Shown here in pieces: positions 32,285-41,668 of a DNA stretch of 41,668 nucleotides. Position 1 is the first letter of the stretch; each line of letters starts with the position of its first letter. The position numbers and the translations under genes are program-made. Source of the stretch: Octopus sinensis (Eukaryota); contig NW_021832608.1 of assembly GCF_006345805.1 (NCBI RefSeq), positions 1 through 41,668 of the forward strand, written 5' to 3'. The notes under the pieces are model-generated. The model was given only the letters and a program-made list of their open reading frames with translations. It was not told the DNA's origin and searched no databases.

Positions 32285-35200
32285 GCAATTCAGGGGCACG
32301 TAATTCAGATGCATGTAATTTAGGGGCAGGTACTTCAGGTGAAGGTAATTTAGGGGCATTTAATTCATGGGCAGGAGGTAATTGAGGGGCATGTAATTTA
32401 GGGCCAGTTGGGGGCAGGGTATTCAGGGGCAAATCAGGGGGTATTCAGGGACTCGGGGGTAGATACTTCAGGGGCATGTAATTCTGGGGCAGGTAATTCA
32501 GGGGCATGTAATTCAGTTGCATGTAATTCATGGGCAGGTAATTCAGGGGTATGTAATTCAGGAGCATGTTATTCAGGGGCATGTCATTCAGGGAAGGTAA
32601 TTCAGGTGCAGGTAATTCAGGGTTAGGTAATTCAGCGGCATGTAATTGAGGTGCAGGTAATTCAGGGGTAGGTAATTCAGGGCCATGTAATTCGTGGGTG
32701 GGTAATTCAGAGGAATGTAATTCAGGGGCATGTAATTCAGGGGAAGGTAATCCAGGGGCAGGTAATTCAGGGGTAATTCAGGGGCAGGTAATCCAGGGGC
32801 ATGTAATTCAGATGAAAGGTAATTCAGGGCATGTCATTCACGGGCAGGTAATTCAGGGGCTGGTAATTTAGGGATAGATAATTCAGAGGCATGTCATTCA
32901 GGGGCAGGTCATTCAGGGTCATGTAATTTAGGGGCAGGTAGTTCATGGCCATTTAATTCATGGGCAGGTAATTGGGGGGCAGGTAATTCATGGGCAGGTA
33001 ATTGAGGGGCATGTCATTCAGGGGCAGGTAATTTAGGGGCAGGTAATTCAGGTGTATGTAATTCAGGTGCAGGTTATTCAGGGACTCAGGGTTAGATAAT
33101 TCAGGGGCATGTAATTCAGGTGTATGTAATTCAGGGGCATGTAAATCAGTTGCATGTAATTCAGGGGCATGTAATTCAGGTGTATGTTATTCAGGGGCAG
33201 GTTATTCAGGTATAGGTTATTCAGGGGCAGGTAATCCAGGGGTAACTAATTAAGGGGCAGGTCATTCAGGGGCATGTAATTTAGGGGCAGGTAATTCACG
33301 GGCAGGTAATTCACGGGCATGTAATTCAGGTGTATGTAATTTATGGGAAGGTTATTCAGGGGTATGTAATTCAGGGGCATGTCATTGAGGGGCAGGTAAT
33401 TCATGTGCGGGTAATTGAGGGGAAGGTAATCCAGGTGCAGGTGATTTAGAGTAATATCATTCATTGGCAGGTAATTCAGGGGCAGGTAATACAGAGCAAT
33501 GTAATTTAGGGGAAGGTAATCCAGGGGGAGGTAATTTATAGGAATGTCATTCATGGGCAGGTAATTCAGGGGCATGTAATTGAGGTGCAGGTAATTGAGG
33601 GGCTCGTAATCCAGGTGTATGTAATTCAGGGGCATGTAATTCGTGGGTGGGTAATTCAGAGGAATGTAATTCGGGGGAAGGTAATCCAGGTGCAGGTAAT
33701 TCAGGCGTAATTCAGGGACAGGTAATTTAGAGGAATGTCATTCATGGGCAGGTAATCCAGGGGCATGTAATTCAGGGGCAGGTAATCGAGGTGCATGTCA
33801 TTCACGGGCAGGTAATTTAGGGATAGATAATTCAGAGGCATGAAATTCAGGGGCAGGTCATTCAGGTGCATGTAATTAAGAGGCAGGTAATTCAGGTGCT
33901 TGTAATTCAAGGGCACGTAATTCAGATGCATGTAATTTAGGGGCAGGTACTTCAGGGGAAGGTAATTTAGGGGCATTTAATTCATGGGCAGGTAATTCAC
34001 GGGCAGGTAATTCAGGGGCATGTAATTCTGGGGCATTTAATTCAGGTGCATGTAATTCATGGGCATGTAATTCAGGGGCAGGTAATTCAGGGTTAGGTAA
34101 TTCAGCGGCATGTAATTGAGGTGCAGGTAATTGGGGCATGTAATTCAGGTGTCTGTAATTCAGGTGTATGTAATTCAGGGGTAGGTAATTCAGGCGCATA
34201 TAATTCAGTGGCATGTAATTCGTGGGTGGGTAATTCAGAGGAATGTAATTCAGGGGCATGTAATTCAGGGGAAGGTAATCCAGGGGCAGGTAATTCAGGG
34301 GTTATTCAGGGCCAGGTAACTTAGAGGAATGTCATTCATCTGCAGGTAATTTAGGGGCAGGTAATCCAGGGGCATGTAATTCAGATGAAAGGTAATTCAG
34401 GGGCATGTCATTCACGGGCAGGTAATTCAGGGGCTGGTAATTTAGGGATAGATAATTCAGAGGCATGTCATTCAGGGGCAGGTCATTCAGGGTCATGTAA
34501 TTTAGGGGCAGGTACTTCAGGGGCATTTAATTCATGGGCAGGTAATTCATGGGCAGGTAATTGAGGGGCAGGTAATTCAGGTGTATGTAATTCAGGTGCA
34601 GGTTATTCAGGGACTCAGGGGTAGATAATTCAGGGGAGTGTAATTCAGGTGTATGTAATTCAGGGGCATGTAAATCAGTTGCATGTAATTCAGGGGCATG
34701 TAATTCAGGTGCATGTAATTCATGGGCAGGTAATTCAGGGGTATGCAATTCAGGGGCATGTCATTCAGGGAAGGTAATTCAGGGGCATGTAATTCAGGTG
34801 TATGTAATTCAGGGGCATGTCATTCACGGGTGGGTAATTTAGGGATAGGTAATTCAGGGGCACATCATTCAGAGTCAGATCATTCATGTGCATGTAATTA
34901 AGAGTCATGTAATTTAGGGGCAGGTAATTCAGGGGAAGGTAATTCAGGGGTAATTCAGGGACAGGTAATTTAGAGGAATGTCATTCATGGGCAGGTAATT
35001 CAGGGGCTTGTAATTCTGGGTTAGGTAATCCAGGGGCATGTAATTCAGGGGCAGGTAATCTAGGTGCAGGTAATTCAGGGTTATGTCAATCACGGGCAGG
35101 TAATTTAGGGATAGATAATTCAGGGGCAGGTCATTTAGGTGCATGTAATTGAGGGGCAGGTAATTGAAGGCCATGTAATTCAGGGGCAGTTAAATCAGGG

Positions 35201-38200
35201 GCATGTAATTCTGGGGAAGTTAATTCAGGTGTATGTTATTCAGGGGCAGGTTATTCAGGGGCAGTTAATCCAGGGGTATATCATTCACTGGCAGGTAATT
35301 CCGGGCAGGTAATTTAGGGATAGATAATTCGGGCATATCATTCAGGGTCAGATCATTCATGTGCATGTAATTAAGAGGCATGTAATTGAGGGGCAGGTAA
35401 TTCAGGTGTTTGTAATTCAGGGGCAGGTAATTCAGATGCATGTAATTTAGAGGCAGGTAATTCAGGGGTATGTAATTCAGGGGCAGGTAATTCAGGGGCA
35501 GGTAATAATTCAGGGGCATGTAATTAGGGGATGTTCATCATGGCAGTAATTCAGGGCAGGTAATTGAGGGGCATGTATTTTAGGGGCAGGTAATTCACGG
35601 GCATGTAATTCAGGTGTATGTATTTTAGGGGCAGGTAATTCACGGGCATGTAATTCATGGGTAGGTAATTGAGGGGCAGGTAATTCACGGGCATGTAATT
35701 CAGGGACTCAGGGGCAGATAATTCAGGGGCATGTAATTCAGGAGCTGATAATTCAGGTGTATGTAATTCAGGGGCATTTATTCAGGTGCACTTCATTCAG
35801 GGGCAGGTAATTCAGGGGCATGTAATTCATGGGCGGGTAATTGAGGGGAAGGTAATCCAGGGGCAGGTGATTTAGAGGAATGTCATTCATTGGCAGGTAA
35901 TTCAGGGGCAGGTAATTCAGAGGAAGGTAATAATGGGGTATTTAAGGACAGGTAATTTATAGGAATGTCATTCATGGGCAGGTAATTCAGGAGCTTGTAA
36001 TTCAGGGGCAGGTAATTCAGGGGCATGTAATTCAGATGAAATGTAATTCAGGGGCAGGTATCTAGGTGCAGGTATTTCAGGGGTATGTCATTCACGGGCA
36101 GGTTAGGGGCAGGTTCGGGGAGGTATTTCAGGGGTATGTCATTCACGGGCAGGTAATTCAGGGGCAGATAATTTAGGGATAGATAATTCAGAGACATGTC
36201 ATTCAGGGGCAGGTCATTCAGGTGCATGTAATTAAGAGACATGTAATTGAGGGGCAGGTAATTCAGGGTCATGTAATTCAGGTGTTTGTAATTCAGGGGC
36301 AGGTAATTCAGATGCATGTAATTTAGTGGCAGGTAATTCAGGGGCAGGTACTTCAGGGTTAAGTAATTAAGGGGCATGTCATTCAGAGCAAGGTAATTCA
36401 GACGCAGGTAATTGAGGGGCATGTAATTCAGGTGCAGGTAATTCAGGGGCATGTAATTAAGGGGCATGTAATTCAGCGGCATGTAATTGAGGAGCAGGTA
36501 ATTGAGGGGCATGTAATTCAGATGTATGTAATTCAGGGGAAGGTAATTCAGGGGCATGTAATTCAAGGGCATGTAATTCGTGGGTGGGTAATTCAGAGCA
36601 ATGTATTTCAGGGGCATGTAATTCAGGTGCAGGTAATTCAGGTGCATGTAATTCAGGGGCATATAATTGAGGTGCAGGTAATTGAGGGGCATGTAATTCA
36701 GGTGTATGTAATTCAGGGGTAGGTAATTCAGGGGCATGTAATTTAGGGGCATGTAATTCGTGGGTGGGTAATTCAGAGCAATATATTTCAGGGGAAGGTA
36801 ATCCAGGGGCGGGTAATTCAGGGACAGGTAATTTAGAGGAATGTCATTCATAGGCAGGTAATTTAGGGGCAGGTTATCGAGGGGCATGTAATTCAGAGGA
36901 AAGGTGATTCAGGGGCATGTAATTCACGGGCAGGTAATCTAGGTGCAGGTAATTCAGAGGCATGTCATTCACGGGTAGGTAATTCAGGGGCCGGTAACTT
37001 AGGGATAGATTATTCAGAGGCATGTCATTCAGGGCAGGTCATTCAGGTGCATGTAAATAAGAGGCAGGTAATTCAGAGCCATGTATTTCAGGTGTTTGTA
37101 ATTCAGGGGCAGGTAATTCAGATGCATGTAATTTAGGGGCAGGTACTTCAGGGGTATGTAATTCAGGGGCAGGTAATTGAGGGGAAGTTAATTCAGGTGT
37201 ATGTTATTCAGGGGCAGGTAATTCATGGCCAGGTAATTCAGGGGCATGTAATTTTGGGGCAGGAAATTCACGGGCAGGTAATTCACGGGCATGTAATTCA
37301 GGGGCAGGTAATTCAGGTGCAGGTTATTCAGGGACTCAGGGGTAGATAATTCAGGGGCATGTAATTCAGGGTCAGGTAATTCAGGTGTATGTAATTCAGG
37401 GGCAGGTAAGGGGGTGTAATTCAGGGGCAGGTTAATCCGGGGCATGTAATTTGGGGCAAGTAATTTAGGGGCAGGTAATTCATGGGGGGTAATTGATGCG
37501 AAGGTAATCCAGGGGCAGGTGATTTAGAGGAATGTCATTCATTGGCAGGTAATTCAGGGGCACTTAATTTAGAGTGTAATTCAGGGGAAGGTAATCCAGG
37601 GGCAGGTAATTCAGGGGTAATTCAGGGAAAGGTAATTTATAGGAATGTCATTCATGGGCAGGTGATTGAGGGGCATGTCATTCAGGGACAGGTAATTCAG
37701 GGGCCCATAATTTAGGGGCAGGTAATTCAAAGGCACGTAATTCAGGTGTATGTAATTCAGGGGCAGGTAATTCAATTGCAGGTTATTCAGGGACATGTGA
37801 CTCAGGGGCAGGTAATTCAGGTGTATGTAATTCAGGTGCATGTAATTCATGGGCAGGTAATTCAGGGGCATGTAATTCAGGGGAAGGTAATTTAGGGGCA
37901 GGAACTTCAGGGGCAGATTATTGAGTGTCAGGTTATTCAGGTATAGGTTATTCAGGGACAGGTAATCCAGGGGTATGTAATTAAGGGGCAGGTCATTCAG
38001 GGGCACGTAATTCATGGGCATAAAATTCAGGGGATGGTAATTCAGGGGGAGGTAATTCAGGGGCACGTAATTCAGGGGCATGTTATTCAGGTGCAGGTAA
38101 TTGAGGGGCATTTAATTAAGGGGCATGTAATTCTGGGTTAGGTAATCCAGGGGCATGTAATTCTGGGTTAGGTAATCCAGGGGCATGTAATTGAGGGGCA

Positions 38201-41200
38201 TGTAATTCAGGGGTAGGTAATTCAGGGGCATGTAATTCAGGGGCATGTAATTAATGGGTGGGTAATTCAGGGGAAGGTAATTCAGGGACAGGTAATTTAG
38301 AGGAATGTCATTCATGGGCAGGTAATTCAGGGGCATGTAATTCTGGGTTAGGTAATCCAGGGACATGTAATTCTGGGTCAGGTAATCCAGGGGCATGTAA
38401 TTCAGGAGCATGTAATTCAGGGGCAGGTAATCTAGGTGCAGGTATTTCAGGGGCATGTCATTCTCGGGCAGGTAATTCATGGGCAGGTAATTTAGGGATA
38501 GATAATTCAGGGTCAGGTCATACAGGTGCATGTAATTAAGAGCCATGTGATTGAGGGGCAGATAATTCAGGGCCATGTAATTCAGGGGCAGGCAATTCAG
38601 ATGCATGTAATTTAGGGGCAGGTAATTCAGGGGTATGTAATTTTGGGGCAGGTAATTCAGGTGTATCTTATTCTGGTGTATGTTATTCAGGGGCATGTAA
38701 TTCAGGGGCATGACATTCACGGGCAGGTAATTCCGGGGCAGGTAATTTAGGGATAGATAATTGAGGGGCATATCATTCAGGGTCAGGTCATTCATGTGCA
38801 TGTAATTAAGAGGCATTTAATTGAGGGGCATCTAATTCAGTTGTTTGTAATTCAGGGGCAGGTAATTCAGATGCATGTAATTTAGGGGAAGGTAATTCAG
38901 GGGTATGTAATTCAGGGGCAGGTAATTTAGAGGAATGTCATTCATTGGCAGATAATTCCGGGACATGTAATTCAGGGGCATGTAATTCAGGGGAAGGTAA
39001 TTCAGGGGCAGGTAATTCAGGGGTATGTAATTCAGGGGTAGGTAATTCAGGGGCATGTAATTGAGGTGCATGTATGTAATTCAGGGGTAGGTAATTCAGG
39101 GGCATGTAATTCAGGGGCATGTAATTCAGGGGCATGTAATTCGTGGGTGGGTAATTCAGGGGAAGGTAATTCAGGGGCATGTCATTCAGGGGCATGTAAT
39201 TCTGGGTCAGGTAATCCAGGGGCAGGTAATTCAGGGGCATGTAATTCAGATGAAAGGTAATTCAGGGGCATGTCATTCACGGGCAGGCAATTCAGGGGCT
39301 GGTAATTTAGGGATAGGTAATTCAGAGGCATGTCATTCAGGGGCAGGTCATTCAGGGTCATGTAATTTAGGGGCAGGTAATTCAGGGGCAGGTAATTCAG
39401 GGGCAGGTAATCTAGGTGCAGGTAATTCAGGGGCATGTCATTCCGGGGCAGGTAATTCAGGGGCATGTAATTTAGGGGCAGGTAATTCAGGTGTATGTAA
39501 TTCAGGTGCAGGTTATTCAGGGACTCAGGGGTAGATAATTCAGGGGCATGTAATTCAGGTGTATGTAAATCAGGGGCATTTAAATCAGTTGCATGCAATT
39601 CAGGGGCATGTCATTCAGGGGCATGTCATTCTGGGAAGGTAATTCAGGGGCAGGTAATTCAGGGCTAGGTAATCCAGGGGCAGGTAATTCAGGGGCATGT
39701 AATTGAGGGGCATGTAATTCAGGTGTATGTAATTCAGGTGTATGTTATTCAGGGGCAGGTTATTCAGGTATAGGTTATTCAGGGGCAGGTAATCCAGATC
39801 TAACTAATTAAGGGGCATGTCATTCAGGGGCATGTAATTTAGGGGCAGGTAATTCACGGGCATGTAATTCAGGTGTATGTAATTTATGGGAAGGTAATTC
39901 AGGGGTATGTAATTCAGGGGCATGTCATTGAGGGGCAGGTAAATCGGGCATGTAATTCATGTGCGGGTAATTGAGGGGAAGGTAATCCAGGTGCAGGTGA
40001 TTTAGAGTAATGTCATTCATTGGCAGGTAATTCAGGGGCAGGTAATACAGAGCAATGTAATTTAGGGGCAGGTAATCCAGGGGCATGTAATTCAGATGAA
40101 AGGTAATTCATGGGCATGTCATTCACGGGCAGTTAATTCAGGGGCTGGTAATTTAGGGATTGATAATTCAGAGGCATGTCATTCAGGGGCAGGTCATTCA
40201 GGGTCATGTAATTTAGGGGCAGGTAATTCAGGGGCATTTAGTTCATGGGCCGCTAATTGGGGGGCAGGTAATTCATGGGCAGGTAATTGAGGGGCATGTC
40301 ATTCAGGGGCAGGTAATTCAGGGGCATGTTATTTAGGGGCAGGTAATTCAGGTGTATGTTATTCAGGTGCAGGTTATTCAGGGACTCAGGGGTAGATAAT
40401 TCAGGGGCATGTAATTCAGGTGCATGTAATTCATGGGCAGGTAATTCAGGGGTATGCAATTCAGGGGCATGTCATTCAGGGGCATTTCATTCTGGGAAGG
40501 TAATTCAGGGGCAGGTAATTCAGGGCTAGGTAATCCAGGGGCAGGTAATTCAGGGGCATGTAATTGAGGGGCATGTAATTCAGGGGTAGGTTATTCAGGG
40601 GCAGGTAATCCAGGGCTAACTAATTAAGGGGCATGTCATTCAGGGGCATGTAATTTAGGGGCAGGTAATTCACGGGCAGGTAATTCACGTGCATGTAATT
40701 CAGGTGTATGTAATTTATGGGAAGGTAATTCAGGGGTATGTAATTCAGGGGCATGTCATTGAGGGGCAGGTAAATCGGGCATGTAATTCATGTGCGGGTA
40801 ATTGAGGGGAAGGTAATCCAGGTGCAGGTGATTTAGAGTAATGTCATTCATTGGCAGGTAATTCAGGGGCAGGTAATACAGAGCAATGTAATTTAGGGGC
40901 AGGTAATCCAGGGGCATGTAATTCAGATGAAAGGTAATTCATGGGCATGTCATTCACGGGCAGTTAATTCTGGGGCTGGTAATTTAGGGATAGATAATTC
41001 AGAGGCATGTCATTCAGGGGCAGGTCATTCAGGGTCATGTAATTTAGGGGCAGGTACTTCAGGGGCAGGTAATTCAGGGGCATTTAGTTCATGGGCCGGT
41101 AATTGGGGGGCAGGTAATTCATGGGCAGGTAATTGAGGGGCATGTCATTCAGGGGCAGGTAATTCAGGGGCATGTAATTTAGGGGCAGGTAATTCAGGTG

Positions 41201-41668
41201 TATGTTATTCAGGTGCAGGTTATTCAGGGACTCAGGGGTAGATAATTCAGGGGCATGTAATTCAGGTGTATGTAATTCAGGGGCATGTAAATCAGTTGCA
41301 TGTAATTCAGGGGCATGTAATTCAGGTGCATGTAATTCATGGGCAGGTAATTCAGGGGTATGCAATTCAGGGGCATGTCATTCAGGGGCATGTCATTCAG
41401 GGAAGGTAATTCAGGGCTAGGTAATCCAGGGGCAGGTAATTGAGGGGCATGTAATTGAGGGGCATGTAATTCAGGTGTATGTAATTCAGGTGTATGTTAT
41501 TCAGGGGCAGGTCATTCAGGGGCAGGTAATCCAGGGGTAACTAATTAAGGGGCAGGTCATTCAGGGGCATGTAATTTAGGGGCAGGTAATTCACGGGCAT
41601 GTAATTCAGGTGTATGTAATTTATGGGAAGGTAATTCAGGTGTATGTAATTTATGGGAAGGTAATTCA
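32285..41668. repeat. 15-bp satellite array, consensus CAGGGGCA(T/G)GTAATT, ~9.4 kb (~625 monomers), running off the window end, with higher-order repeats
   Basis: Directly visible. The 5-aa periodicity in the ORF track (LPLNY/MPLNY, PELHA, GNSGA, VIQGQ) reflects the 15-bp unit. Confidence 0.98.

Noticed and set aside
32150-41420. Long pentapeptide-repeat ORFs (LPLNY/MPLNY, PELHA, GNSGA/CNSGA, VIQGQ) as real structural proteins
   Set aside because: The 15-bp monomer lacks stops in four of six frames, so ORFs arise automatically. Substitutions hit all codon positions, and non-triplet indels (e.g. 11- and 14-bp monomers) break frames. There is no unique N- or C-terminal domain.

Overview
Eukaryotic, AT-rich, essentially non-coding window. 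It is probably cephalopod (Octopus-like), inferred from recognisable tRNA-derived/RTE-tailed SINE families interleaved with (TA)n/(CA)n tracts. No intact cellular gene is supported. There are three zones. (1) 1-16.8 kb is a graveyard of decayed transposons, nearly all on the minus strand: a Hero-clade RLE non-LTR element, a Merlin/IS1595-like transposase, a Charlie/Buster-type hAT, a Tc1, two RTE LINEs, a deleted Ty3/Gypsy element inserted exactly into the YADD codons of one RTE, and a Penelope GIY-YIG remnant. (2) 17.4-32.3 kb is a patchwork macro-repeat of reshuffled modules (SINE pairs, a recurring ~42-bp imperfect inverted-repeat motif, GT-rich tracts, a Penelope RT fragment). It is interrupted by a CR1 LINE, a 34-bp tandem array and a ~560-bp foldback element. 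(3) 32.3 kb to the window end is a G-strand-biased 15-bp satellite (CAGGGGCAKGTAATT, ~625 monomers) with ~0.85-kb higher-order repeats. The most intriguing structure is a cassette at 25.7-27.5 kb: inverted-repeat motif, then a telomere-like tract, the 34-mer array and a short 15-mer array. It may be a satellite-generating or subtelomeric system. Coordinates were read by eye and are approximate at element edges. The long repetitive ORFs in the track are best explained as by-products of stop-free satellite monomers.
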